From NCBI GenBank assembly GCA_013003535.1, contig JABDIY010000025.1, positions 33,321 to 97,320 of the forward strand: DNA of 64,000 nucleotides, read 5' to 3'. The notes under the pieces are model-generated. The model saw nothing but the letters and a program-made list of their open reading frames with translations, made no database searches and had not been told where the DNA came from. Shown in pieces: positions 26,691 to 36,184 of this stretch. Both the position numbers and the translations under genes were made by a program. This DNA comes from Acidimicrobiales bacterium. GTDB lineage: Bacteria; Actinomycetota; Acidimicrobiia; Acidimicrobiales; SZUA-35. The first letter of the stretch is position 1. Each line of letters opens with the position of its first letter.

Positions 26691-28148
26691 GTGGCGGTGA
26701 CAGGCGAGGTCAGCTCTTCCCAAGAGCGGGATGAACTCAACAATTCGGTGCGTTTTGGCCGTAACACCGCCGCTTTGCTCACGGGGCGCCTTGTCGTCGC
26801 GCTGGCAGGCTGGGCCGGCACCGTTCTGATTGCTCGAGATCTCGGTACGGAGAAATTCGGACAATTCACACTGGTCTTTTCGCTGCTCGGGATGTTGTCC
26901 ATCATCACTGATCTCGGCGTCGGTCGAGTTGCGGTCGCGGCGTTGCTGGATTCTGACGAAGACCGGGAATTGTTTGCCGGCACCTACATTCTTCTTCGGA
27001 CGGTGTTGGGAGGGCTTGGTTATGTTCTGGCCGTTCTCATTGCCCTTTTCGGCGGGTTCCCCAGCCCGGTTCCTTTGGCCGTCGCAATCGGTGGGTTGGT
27101 GGTAGTTTTCGCCACACCGTCGCATGCCTACGAGATCGCTTTTCAGGTCAGGGATCGGCTCACCCCACTCGCCGTAGCGGAATCCCTGGCCAAGTTTGGC
27201 CAATTCGGGCTGATCGTCGCTCTGGTTCTCCGGGGTGGAACCCTGGTTTGGTTCGTCATCCCAGCCGTTCTCAACGATTTGGCCATCCTGGCCTGGAAGG
27301 CTCCCGCCGCTCATCGCCTCATCGGTTTCCGCTATCGGATCGACCTCGGTATCTGGTGGGCGCTGCTCAAGGAGGCGGTTCCTCTTTCGCTTGGCGCCGC
27401 TTTCGTCACGCTCTACTACCGTCTCGACTCGGTCATGTTGTCAAAGCTGGATGACTTCGAAGCCGTCGGCGCATACGGAGTGGCCTACAAGTTCGTGGAC
27501 CTCGTTCATTTCGTTCCCTTGGCGGTTTCGGTTGCCCTGCTGGCGCCGTTGACCGCAGCATGGCCCGTCAACGTCAACCAGTTTCATCAGCGCATCGATC
27601 ACTCACTTCGATTGCTGGGGCTGGCCGCCGGAGCCGGTTTGGTGGGATTCTGGCTCTTCGCCAGAGAAACTGCTGTTCTCCTCTACGGCGGGGATTATGA
27701 CAATGTCGGTCTGGCTACCTCCATCGTGGTCAGCGGCGAAGTCTTGGCGTTCGTTTCCACTGTGGGAATCACGGCCTTGATCGCCGTCAACCGGCACCTC
27801 TGGTATCCCGTGATCACCCTCACCGGTTTGGGCCTCAACATTGCTCTCAATCTGTGGTTGATTCCCTCGTACTCCTTCGAGGGAGCCGCTGTCGCCACAC
27901 TCATTACCGAGGCCGTGGTGCTCGGTCTCCTATGGACCCGATTGCAAAGGATTCCGGGCTGGAGGGAGAGTCGTCATGTTCGGACGTTCTGGCCGCTCCC
28001 GTTTGCGGTGGGAGCTGGTCTGGCCACCGGCTATGGCTTGGAGCAAGTTGTGCATTGGATCCCAGCCGGGATGGCGGCTGTGGGCGTCTATGCCGGCGTG
28101 GCGGTTGCTTTGAAGCTGCGACCCTGGACTGTGGCGCCGTCAGAATGA
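26691..28148 (+). CDS. MOP-superfamily flippase (Wzx-like), paralogue 2
   Basis: 485 aa. It is clearly paralogous to 23917-25347 (LIARDLGTEKFGQFTLVFSLLGMLSIITDLGVGR; FAGTYILLRTVLGG). It is divergent from the NTase-2H gene. Confidence 0.8.
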   Translation: MAVTGEVSSSQERDELNNSVRFGRNTAALLTGRLVVALAGWAGTVLIARDLGTEKFGQFTLVFSLLGMLSIITDLGVGRVAVAALLDSDEDRELFAGTYILLRTVLGGLGYVLAVLIALFGGFPSPVPLAVAIGGLVVVFATPSHAYEIAFQVRDRLTPLAVAESLAKFGQFGLIVALVLRGGTLVWFVIPAVLNDLAILAWKAPAAHRLIGFRYRIDLGIWWALLKEAVPLSLGAAFVTLYYRLDSVMLSKLDDFEAVGAYGVAYKFVDLVHFVPLAVSVALLAPLTAAWPVNVNQFHQRIDHSLRLLGLAAGAGLVGFWLFARETAVLLYGGDYDNVGLATSIVVSGEVLAFVSTVGITALIAVNRHLWYPVITLTGLGLNIALNLWLIPSYSFEGAAVATLITEAVVLGLLWTRLQRIPGWRESRHVRTFWPLPFAVGAGLATGYGLEQVVHWIPAGMAAVGVYAGVAVALKLRPWTVAPSE

Positions 28149-28150
28149 GA

Positions 28151-28630
28151 TCAGCGCTTCTGCTGCTCGAAGATCACTTTTCGGATCACTTCGCTGGCAG
28201 TGAATCGACCGATCGGGCCCGTTGAATACACCGCATTGACCACCCGGCCCTCGGGATCGACGAGGAACGCAGTGGCATGCAAGTAGGTGGTGTCGCCGTC
28301 GTGAACGAACGCACCGGTTGCCGCCGAGACTGCGTGAGGATCAACTTCGGCATACATCGGGTAGCCCACGTGCAGACCCGCTTTGAGCGCAGCAACGCTG
28401 GCCACGGGATCCACCGATGCGGCCGCCACCTTTACACCAATGCCCTTGAGAGGGAGCCCGTGAACTGCGAAGTCGACCAACTGGTGACGGCAGTACGGTC
28501 ACCAATCGCCGCGGTAGAACATCACGACGGCCCAGTTGCCGGCCACTATGGCTGTGATGTCCACATCGTTGGCATCCAGATCTTTGGCAGGCAGTGGCGG
28601 GAGCTCGTCACCGGCGTTGAGATGGGCCAT
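28151..28630 (-). CDS. Thioredoxin-fold redoxin (AhpC/TSA-type, FYRGxW-CxxC family) with an in-frame UGA at codon 44; candidate selenoprotein (W-U-P-Y-C) or nonsense pseudogene
   Basis: Hand translation from the ATG at 28630 gives MAHLNAGDELPPLPAKDLDANDVDITAIVAGNWAVVMFYRGDW-TGA-PYCRHQLVDFAVHG.. The stretch after the TGA is in frame with track ORF 28151..28480, which only begins at an internal TTG. The TGA (28499-28501) sits exactly where the family has its first redox Cys. Confidence 0.6.
28458..28498 (-). other. SECIS-like extended hairpin starting 1 nt after the UGA
   Basis: The RNA is CCGUACUGC-C-GUC-A-CC-AGUU-GG-UC-GAC-UUC-GCAGU-UC-ACGG. It forms about 14 bp in three helical segments. 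The apical loop AGUU has its G about 18 nt downstream of the UGA. Confidence 0.4.
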
Positions 28631-28693
28631 GGTCGGTCAGCCTAGGCCAAGGTTGGGTGTGGCCAAGAACTCACAGCTCGGCGTGGTGGTCGC

Positions 28694-29347
28694 TCAGCTT
28701 TGAAGGTCGGGAAGGAAGGCGTCGATCAGAGCCCTCGCGTGACGGCTGACCGCCTCCGGATCGAAGGGCGAGATGCCCTCGTGAAGTTCGAAGTCCCGGG
28801 CCAGCGCATAGGGAGCGGTTGCCGCTCCGAGGAACATGTGAAAGAGGTGTTCGCGATGGATTGGGAGTTTGACGCCGTCGGCGTCCAGTTCGTCCAGGAG
28901 TGAGTCGAACATCTCGTGCATTGGTCGGACGTGGGTGTGGAGTAGCCAGTCCAATCGTTCACATGGTTTGCTTCCGTTTGCCATGAATCGATAGAGCTCC
29001 GGCCGCTGAGCGAAGAACACCACAAGTTCCACGAGCAGTGTTTCGGCCTTGGCGCGCACCGGATGGTTGACCGTGGTCTCCATCATCGTTCCGAAGCGGG
29101 TGTGGAACTCTCCGAAGGCTCGCTCGGCGGCGGCTTTCCAGAGGTCTTCTTTGGCGGCGAAATGGAACGGCAGCGCCGCCGATGGCACTCCGGCTCGCGC
29201 GGTGATGGTGCGAGTGGACGTTCCGTCGAACCCATGGGCCGCAAACTCAACAAGGCCGGCGGCGATGAGTTTCTGCCGCGTCTCGATGCTGCGATGGTGC
29301 CTCTTGGTCGACAAGTCGATTATCGCCGAACTGGTGACGGTCGTCAT
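28694..29347 (-). CDS. TetR-family transcriptional regulator
   Basis: From the ATG at 29347: ..IETRQKLIAAGLVEFAAHGFDGTSTRTITARAGVPSAALPFHFAAKEDL, a TetR HTH. The track ORF is over-extended to 29548. Confidence 0.85.
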   Translation of the reverse strand: MTTVTSSAIIDLSTKRHHRSIETRQKLIAAGLVEFAAHGFDGTSTRTITARAGVPSAALPFHFAAKEDLWKAAAERAFGEFHTRFGTMMETTVNHPVRAKAETLLVELVVFFAQRPELYRFMANGSKPCERLDWLLHTHVRPMHEMFDSLLDELDADGVKLPIHREHLFHMFLGAATAPYALARDFELHEGISPFDPEAVSRHARALIDAFLPDLQS

Positions 29348-29582
29348 AGGATTGAGTTGTAGTGCAGTAAAGCGCTTCGATCCAATAGGGGTCATCAAAC
29401 AGAAACATGGCTCTCCCCGACCCGTTCCCGACACTGGGTAATTGTGCTCGGGGTCGCAGCGATCACTGAACGGGACAAACACTTCGTGAACCGTACGAAC
29501 GGTGCGTCCAACCGGGCCTTGTGGACTTCGACCCGCTGGCAGAATCACTCACCCGTTTTTACCTCATTTGCACGATCGTGGG

Positions 29583-30575
29583 TCAGATTTCCAGCACGAT
29601 CTTGCCGGTCGCTCTTCGCTCCATGAGCTCGGTGATCGCCATGCCAGCTTGGTCGAGTGAGTACCTACTGGAGATGAACGGCTTGATTTGGCCCTTGCCA
29701 TACATGTGGAACAGTTCGGCCACGTTCTTGGCGTGCCCCCGAGGATTCGATGCCACGAACGCGCCCCAGAAAACGCCGACGATCTGACAGGATTTCAACA
29801 GCGGAAGGTTGAGCGGGACCTTGGGTATGCCGGCGGGAAAGCCGACAACGAGGTAGCGACCCTCCCAGTTCATGGCCCGGATCGAGGGCTCGGCGTAGTC
29901 ACCGCCCACCGCGTCGTAGATCACGTCGACTCCGCCACCGCCGGCTTCCTTGATTTGGTTGGACAACGCCTTTTGCTGATCACGGTCCAGCGGTTGGCGG
30001 GGGTAGACGATGCCGAGATCAGCACCGTGGTCGAGACAGAGGTCTACCTTGTCCTGGGTGGAACAGCCAGCGATGACCTTCATTCCCATCGCTTTCCCAA
30101 GTTGCACCGCGGCAAGCCCTACACCACCCGCCGCCCCCAAGATGAACAGCGTTTCGCCCTCTTGGCCTTCGGCCCGGTTTTTCAGGGCGTACTGGCTGGT
30201 TCCGTAGGTCATCAGCAGCGCTGCGGCCTCATCGAATGGCATGGCGTCGGGAATCTTGGTAGCCGAGGTCGAAGGCACTTCTATCTCGGTGACCATCGCA
30301 CCCCAGCCGGGGAACGACAGGACACGGTCCCCAACCGCGAGATCGGTGACGCCCTCTCCGACCTCTCGCACAACTCCCGCCAATTCTCCGCCGGGCGCAA
30401 ACGGCCGGGGCGGTTTAATCTGGTAGAGGTCCTGAATGATGAGCGAATCCGGGAAGTTGACCCCGACGGCCTTCACGTCGATCACAACCTTGCCGGGTCC
30501 GGGCCGGAGTGAAGGCAATTCCTTCATCACCAGAGTTTCGGGACCACCGGGCTCGTTCGACAAGACAGCTCTCAT
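29583..30575 (-). CDS. NADPH:quinone oxidoreductase / zeta-crystallin-type MDR
   Basis: 330 aa. ..VKAVGVNFPDSLIIQDLYQIKPPRPFAPGGELAGVV.. and the GAAGGVG Rossmann motif are present. Confidence 0.85.
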   Translation of the reverse strand: MRAVLSNEPGGPETLVMKELPSLRPGPGKVVIDVKAVGVNFPDSLIIQDLYQIKPPRPFAPGGELAGVVREVGEGVTDLAVGDRVLSFPGWGAMVTEIEVPSTSATKIPDAMPFDEAAALLMTYGTSQYALKNRAEGQEGETLFILGAAGGVGLAAVQLGKAMGMKVIAGCSTQDKVDLCLDHGADLGIVYPRQPLDRDQQKALSNQIKEAGGGGVDVIYDAVGGDYAEPSIRAMNWEGRYLVVGFPAGIPKVPLNLPLLKSCQIVGVFWGAFVASNPRGHAKNVAELFHMYGKGQIKPFISSRYSLDQAGMAITELMERRATGKIVLEI

Positions 30576-30697
30576 GGGCTGAGGCTATTCGATCCCTTTT
30601 GTTTTGTGAAAACCAGAGTTAGGCCAGCGTCTCGGTCTGCAGCCGATGCGCGTTGGCGTTTACCGCGCAAGCTTCGATCGCTTTGTAGGCTGGCCGG

Positions 30698-32320
30698 ATG
30701 CGACAAATCGCCAGTCACGTTGACACCGGCTCTGCGGTGTTCAAGGAGAACGTCGAGGCGTACGAAAAGTTGGTCGCAACCTTGCGGGACAGAATGGAAT
30801 GGGCAATCCGTGGCGGCGAAAACCGCGACCGCTCGATCGAGCGGCACCTGGTGCGCGGCAAGATCATGGTTCGCGACCGCATCGATCTCGTCATCGACGA
30901 TCACACCCCTTTTCTCGAACTGTCCAGCTTGTCGGGCTACGGACAGTACGACAATGCCGCTCCCGGCGGTGGCATCGTCACCGGCGTCGGGCTTGTGGAA
31001 GGTGTCCCCTACGTCTTCATCGCCAATGACGCCACGGTCAAAGGCGGCTCGCTCCTGCCGGTGGCCATCAAGAAACACGTTCGGGCCCAGCAGATCGCGG
31101 ATGAGAACGACCTGGGGGTCATCTATCTTGTCGATTCCGGCGGAGCGTTCTTGCCATTGCAAGACGAGATCTTCCCGGACAAAGACCACTTTGGAGGATC
31201 GTTCTATCGTCAGGCTCGAATGTCCGCTCGCGGTCTCCCGCAGATCTCGGTGGTCATGGGTGGCTGTACGGCCGGTGGGGCATACGTCCCGGCTTTGTCT
31301 GATGAGGTGATCATGGTCGAGGGCATAGGCCGCATATTTCTCGGTGGCCCGCCAATCGTGAAAGCTGCATTAGGGGAGGTGATCGATCCTGATGAACTGG
31401 GCGGTGCCCAGATGCATACCCGTGTTTCCGGCGTCAGTGACTACATGGCCTCAACCGAGCGCGAAGCATATGGCCGGGTTCGAGAGATCTGCGCCACAAC
31501 CAACGCCCGCCGGATCGATGATCGTCAAGCTTGGATGGATTGGGTAGAGCCACAGCCCCCGGCGCAACCTCCCGAGGACATCTACGGCATCATCAGCGCC
31601 GATCATCGCATCCCATTCGACGCCACAGAAATCATCGCCAGAATGGTGGATGGATCGAAGTTCTCACCGTTCAAGCCCGAGTGGGGAACCTCGATCATTT
31701 GCGGCTTCGCCAGGATTTGGGGTCACCTTGTTGGAGTGATCGGGAACAACGGGATCATCTTCTCCGAAGCTGCCCTCAAGGCCACCCATTTCATCGAGTT
31801 GTGCGAGCAGCGGCGGATCCCGCTTCTGTTCCTCCAAAACACTTCCGGCTACATGGTGGGCAAGGACTCCGAGGCGGCCGGGATTGCCAAACATGGCGCC
31901 AAAATGGTCGCGGCAGTCGCCAATGCCACCGTGCCCAAGTACACCGTTCTCATCGGAGGGTCCTACGGCGCCGGCAACTATGGGATGTGCGGCCGAGGCT
32001 TCGAGCCTCGGTTCCTGTTCGCGTGGCCCAATTCCCGAATCGCCACAATGGCCGCCGACACCGCCGAGACCGTCCTGGTGGACATCCGGGAAGGCGGAAT
32101 GAAAGGCGCCGAGACCACCGAAGAACACTTGGCCGAGATCCGGGCGGAGATCCGGAGCCAGTATGAAACGCAATCGGACCCCTACTACGCAACCTCCCGG
32201 CTTTGGGACGACGGCTTGATCGATCCCGTCCACACCCGAGACGTTCTAGGACTGTGCCTCGCCCTCGCCGCTCGTCAAGACGAACCGGCCCCCGGGCCCG
32301 GCATCGTGTACCGGATGTGA
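30698..32320 (+). CDS. Acyl-CoA carboxylase carboxyltransferase (beta) subunit, methylcrotonyl-CoA carboxylase type
   Basis: 540 aa. GKIMVRDRIDLVIDD.., FIANDATVKGGS and GGCTAGGAYVPALSD are carboxyltransferase signatures. Confidence 0.85.
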   Translation: MRQIASHVDTGSAVFKENVEAYEKLVATLRDRMEWAIRGGENRDRSIERHLVRGKIMVRDRIDLVIDDHTPFLELSSLSGYGQYDNAAPGGGIVTGVGLVEGVPYVFIANDATVKGGSLLPVAIKKHVRAQQIADENDLGVIYLVDSGGAFLPLQDEIFPDKDHFGGSFYRQARMSARGLPQISVVMGGCTAGGAYVPALSDEVIMVEGIGRIFLGGPPIVKAALGEVIDPDELGGAQMHTRVSGVSDYMASTEREAYGRVREICATTNARRIDDRQAWMDWVEPQPPAQPPEDIYGIISADHRIPFDATEIIARMVDGSKFSPFKPEWGTSIICGFARIWGHLVGVIGNNGIIFSEAALKATHFIELCEQRRIPLLFLQNTSGYMVGKDSEAAGIAKHGAKMVAAVANATVPKYTVLIGGSYGAGNYGMCGRGFEPRFLFAWPNSRIATMAADTAETVLVDIREGGMKGAETTEEHLAEIRAEIRSQYETQSDPYYATSRLWDDGLIDPVHTRDVLGLCLALAARQDEPAPGPGIVYRM

Positions 32321-32321
32321 C

Positions 32322-34184
32322 ATGAAGATTCTCATAGCCAACCGAGGCGAGATCGCTCGTCGTATCATCCGCACCGCCCATCGGCTGGGTCATCAAACCG
32401 TTGCGGTCTACGCCGATCCCGACGTCAACGCGCCGTTTGTTTCCGAGGCCACGCAGGCTCGCCGAATCGGGCCGGCAGCGCTGGCCTCCAGCTATCTTTC
32501 CTCAGATCGGATCCTGGCGGCGGCGGCCGAGACCGGGGCTACCGCTGTCCACCCCGGCTACGGCTTTCTCTCGGAGAACACCGGCTTCGCCCGGGCCGTG
32601 ATCGAGGCCGGGCTGATCTGGATCGGACCATCACCTCATTCGGTAGAAGCCATGGGCTCCAAGATTCAGGCCCGCCGTCTGGCTGAAGAAGCTGGTGTCC
32701 CGATCATTCCCGGATTCGACCAGTCCCAAGATCGCGGTGAGCTGGCGGCTGCAGCGGGCCGGATCGGATTCCCTGTTCTGGTGAAGGCGGCGGCCGGGGG
32801 TGGTGGCAAAGGAATCCGAATCGTGCACGATGCCGCCGGATTCGAAGCTGCGCTCACCGAGGCGATCTCCGAGGCCGAACGATCCTTTGCCGATGGCGCC
32901 ATGATCGTGGAGCGCTACATCCAACGGCCCCGGCATGTAGAGGTACAGGTGATCGGGGACAAGCATGGCAATCTCGTGGACCTGGGTACCCGGGAATGCT
33001 CGGTGCAGCGCCGCTACCAGAAGCTGCTGGAGGAGGCGCCGGCACCGAATCTTCCCGACGCCACCCGCCAGGGTTTGCGAGCGAGTGCTCGCCAGCTGGC
33101 CGCAGCCATCGGTTACGACTCCGCCGGCACGGTTGAGTTCATAGTGGACGACGAAACTGGCGACTATTTCTTTTTGGAGATGAACACCCGCCTGCAGGTG
33201 GAACATCCAGTGACTGAGTCCGTCACCGGGCTGGACCTCGTGGAGTTGATGATTTCTTCGGCGGCCGGTGAACCGTTGCCAATCGAACAGTCGCAGGTTC
33301 AACTGGTTGGCCACTCCATCGAGGCGAGAATCAATGCCGAGGACCCGGCCAACGGATTCGCTCCCCAGATAGGAACCGTCGTTCACCTTCGGGTTCCGGA
33401 GAACGTTCGCTGGGATGCCGCCATCGAACATGGTTCGGTGATTTCTCCGCATTACGACGCAATGGTGGCAAAGCTGATCGTGAGCGGGCCTGACCGACCC
33501 ACCGCCCTGGCGGCCATGGCAGAAGCTTTGGAATCACTGGTGATCGGCGGGCTGGTCACCAATGCGGGGTTTCATCGCTGGCTAATCGATCAATCACCCA
33601 TGGTGGAGGGTCGGATCACCACGCGGTTCCTTGACGAGAATGACATTCCCAGCACGGCCGATCCCCACGAGGCCGGGATCATCGCCGCAACAGTCCTTGC
33701 GGGACGTCGCGTCCACGCCAGCGGTCCTTGGGCTTCACTACCAGAGTTTTCCCTGACGCCTTCCCGCCCCCTGCGCCACATGTTCCTCAAACACCATTCG
33801 GGCGAGACCCTGGAGGTTCCGATCCAGCGGGACCGAGCTGTCGGCTCTCATGTCGCCATCGATGACATTGGCGTCACGGTCAATCTCAACGGATACTCGC
33901 ACTTCTTCACCGTGGTCGACCGAAGCTCTCACTGGGCCCCGATCTCTGACCAGTCCCACGGTTCGGCCGGTGCGATCATCTCCCCGTTCCCCGCGGTAGT
34001 CACCGAAGTTAACGCAGCACCCGGGGATGAAGTGGAGGGCGGCGAAGTGCTGGTGGTCATCGAAGCTATGAAGATGCTCCACTCGCTCCCCGCCGGTGGT
34101 CCCGGAACGGTCGCCGAAGTCCGCGTGGCGCCCGGTGATCAAACCGCATCCAATCAGATCTTGATCACGTTCAAGGAGCACTAG
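32322..34184 (+). CDS. Biotin carboxylase plus biotin-carboxyl-carrier (alpha) subunit of acyl-CoA carboxylase
   Basis: 620 aa. It has the MKILIANRGEIA start and an ATP-grasp block (KAAAGGGGKGIR, EMNTRLQVEH). The C-terminal biotinylation motif is EAMKM. Confidence 0.9.
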   Translation: MKILIANRGEIARRIIRTAHRLGHQTVAVYADPDVNAPFVSEATQARRIGPAALASSYLSSDRILAAAAETGATAVHPGYGFLSENTGFARAVIEAGLIWIGPSPHSVEAMGSKIQARRLAEEAGVPIIPGFDQSQDRGELAAAAGRIGFPVLVKAAAGGGGKGIRIVHDAAGFEAALTEAISEAERSFADGAMIVERYIQRPRHVEVQVIGDKHGNLVDLGTRECSVQRRYQKLLEEAPAPNLPDATRQGLRASARQLAAAIGYDSAGTVEFIVDDETGDYFFLEMNTRLQVEHPVTESVTGLDLVELMISSAAGEPLPIEQSQVQLVGHSIEARINAEDPANGFAPQIGTVVHLRVPENVRWDAAIEHGSVISPHYDAMVAKLIVSGPDRPTALAAMAEALESLVIGGLVTNAGFHRWLIDQSPMVEGRITTRFLDENDIPSTADPHEAGIIAATVLAGRRVHASGPWASLPEFSLTPSRPLRHMFLKHHSGETLEVPIQRDRAVGSHVAIDDIGVTVNLNGYSHFFTVVDRSSHWAPISDQSHGSAGAIISPFPAVVTEVNAAPGDEVEGGEVLVVIEAMKMLHSLPAGGPGTVAEVRVAPGDQTASNQILITFKEH

Positions 34185-34190
34185 TCGACA

Positions 34191-35327
34191 ATGCGCAATG
34201 TCTACATGACCGTTGAGTTGGAGGCGATCTATGATCAGACGGTCGAGTTCGTAAAGCGTGAGGTCACGCCGCACGGGCAAGATTGGGAAGCAGCCGGGAT
34301 GGTTCCCCGAGACGTGTTGCGCCAGATGGGCTCGCTCGGCATGCTGGCGCTTCGCATTCCCGAAGAACACGGTGGGCTCGGCTTGGGAATGCTGGCGTCG
34401 GCCACCTTTGCCGAAGCACTTGGCACATCCACCTTCGCCGGTTTCGATGTAACCGTCTTGGTCCACACCGACATGGCCGGTCCGCATCTGTTCAACTCCG
34501 GCACCCCGGCGCAGTTGGAGCAATGGGCCCCGGGGGTCGTGAACGGCCAAACCATTCTTTCCATCGCAGTTACCGAACCTGATGCGGGCTCAGATGTTGC
34601 CGGCATTCGGACGAGTGCCAAGAAGGACGGCGATGGATGGCGACTGAACGGTTCCAAGACATACATCACCAACGCCGTCTACGGTGATCTCACCATCGTG
34701 GCCGCCAAGACCGACCCCGGCAACAAATACGGGATCACGATGTTTCTGGTTCCGGCGGGCAGCGACGGTTTCACCGTTTCCAAAAAGCTCGACAAGCATG
34801 GCTGGCGGTGCTCCGACACCGCCGAACTGGTGCTGGACAACGTGTGGGTGGATGACTCCCAGGTTTTGGGAACGGTCCACCGGGGTTTCTACGAGACCAT
34901 GAAGAACTTCCAGAACGAACGGATGGTACTGGTGGGAATGGGCGTTGGAGCAGCCCAGGTGGCACTCGATCTCACCGCTGATTATTGCCAGAACCGGCCG
35001 GCATTCGGCGGCCACCTGTTCGACAAAGGGGCGATTCGGCAACGGTTGGCGATGAACCAGGCCAAGGTCGATGCGGTCCGGGCGTCCATGTATCACGCCG
35101 CCTGGTTGGGCGACCAAGGAATCGACAACGTTCGAGCGATGTCCGGTGTGAAGGCCTGGGGTTGTGAGGTGGTGAACGAGGTGATGTATGACTGTCTGCA
35201 GTTTCACGGCGGGATCGGCTACATGCGGGAATCGGTGATCGAGCGAATGACGCGTGACGCTCGAATTCTCCCGATTGGCGGCGGCGCCACCGAGGTCATG
35301 CTCGAGGAAGTAGCCAAGCGGCTCTAA
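34191..35327 (+). CDS. Acyl-CoA dehydrogenase (isovaleryl-CoA dehydrogenase-like)
   Basis: 378 aa. ..AVTEPDAGSDVAG.., QFHGGIGYM and a C-terminal EG-type catalytic region are present. Confidence 0.9.
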   Translation: MRNVYMTVELEAIYDQTVEFVKREVTPHGQDWEAAGMVPRDVLRQMGSLGMLALRIPEEHGGLGLGMLASATFAEALGTSTFAGFDVTVLVHTDMAGPHLFNSGTPAQLEQWAPGVVNGQTILSIAVTEPDAGSDVAGIRTSAKKDGDGWRLNGSKTYITNAVYGDLTIVAAKTDPGNKYGITMFLVPAGSDGFTVSKKLDKHGWRCSDTAELVLDNVWVDDSQVLGTVHRGFYETMKNFQNERMVLVGMGVGAAQVALDLTADYCQNRPAFGGHLFDKGAIRQRLAMNQAKVDAVRASMYHAAWLGDQGIDNVRAMSGVKAWGCEVVNEVMYDCLQFHGGIGYMRESVIERMTRDARILPIGGGATEVMLEEVAKRL

Positions 35328-36184
35328 TGACGATCCGCACCATCGGTCGCATTCGTTCGGTACTTTTTGCGCCGGCGGTTCGGACCGATCATCTCGACAA
35401 GCTGGCTTCCCGAGGCGCCGACGTTGTGGTTATCGATTGCGAAGATGCCACCCCGGCAGATCGGAAGGCCGAAGCTCGCCAAAATGCCCGACGGTACTCG
35501 CAGTCGCTTGCAGCCCAGGGCGCTACGGTTGTCGTTCGGGTCAATGCGGTGACCACGCAATGGTTTGAGGACGACATCAACGAGCTTGGTCCCGATGTGG
35601 TGGCGCTCATGGTCCCCATGGTGGAATCCGGGCGGCAAATGGAGGAGATCGATGCGGTGATCACAGCTGCTGATTTCGCTGATCTGGGAGTGTTCGTTGG
35701 CTTGGAGACCGCGCGTGGGGTCGCCAACTCCGTTGAGATCCTGTCCCACGGGCGAGCCATCGCGGCCTACTTCGGGGCAGAGGATTACATCGCCGATGTC
35801 GGGGGTCGGAGAACTGCGCCAAACACCGAGGTGTTATTTGCCCGTTCCCAGGTGGCGATGGCGGCACGGATCGGCGGCGTCCCTGCCGCCGATCAGGTGG
35901 TGACCGATTTCAGAAACGCCGAACGGTTCCAGACAGAAGCAGACTTCGCCTGCAACCTGGGCTTTCGGGGAAAGCTCTGCATCCACCCCGGCCAAGTTGA
36001 CATCGCAAATGCGGCGTTCACCCCCACCGAGGAGGCGGTTCAGCGCGCTCATGAAATCGTGGCAGCTCACCAAGCCGCTACGGCGGCAGGGGTTTCCGTT
36101 GCTGACTACAAAGGTCAGATGATCGATGGCCCGTTGGTGGCTCAGGCGCAGCAGATTCTTCGATTGGCAGGAGGTAAGTCATGA
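35327..36184 (+). CDS. HpcH/HpaI-fold beta-hydroxyacyl-CoA lyase (CitE-like)
   Basis: 285 aa. RSVLFAP.., DCEDA, VRVN, FGAEDY and KLCIHPGQV are CitE/citryl-CoA-lyase-family motifs. Confidence 0.85.
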   Translation: MTIRTIGRIRSVLFAPAVRTDHLDKLASRGADVVVIDCEDATPADRKAEARQNARRYSQSLAAQGATVVVRVNAVTTQWFEDDINELGPDVVALMVPMVESGRQMEEIDAVITAADFADLGVFVGLETARGVANSVEILSHGRAIAAYFGAEDYIADVGGRRTAPNTEVLFARSQVAMAARIGGVPAADQVVTDFRNAERFQTEADFACNLGFRGKLCIHPGQVDIANAAFTPTEEAVQRAHEIVAAHQAATAAGVSVADYKGQMIDGPLVAQAQQILRLAGGKS

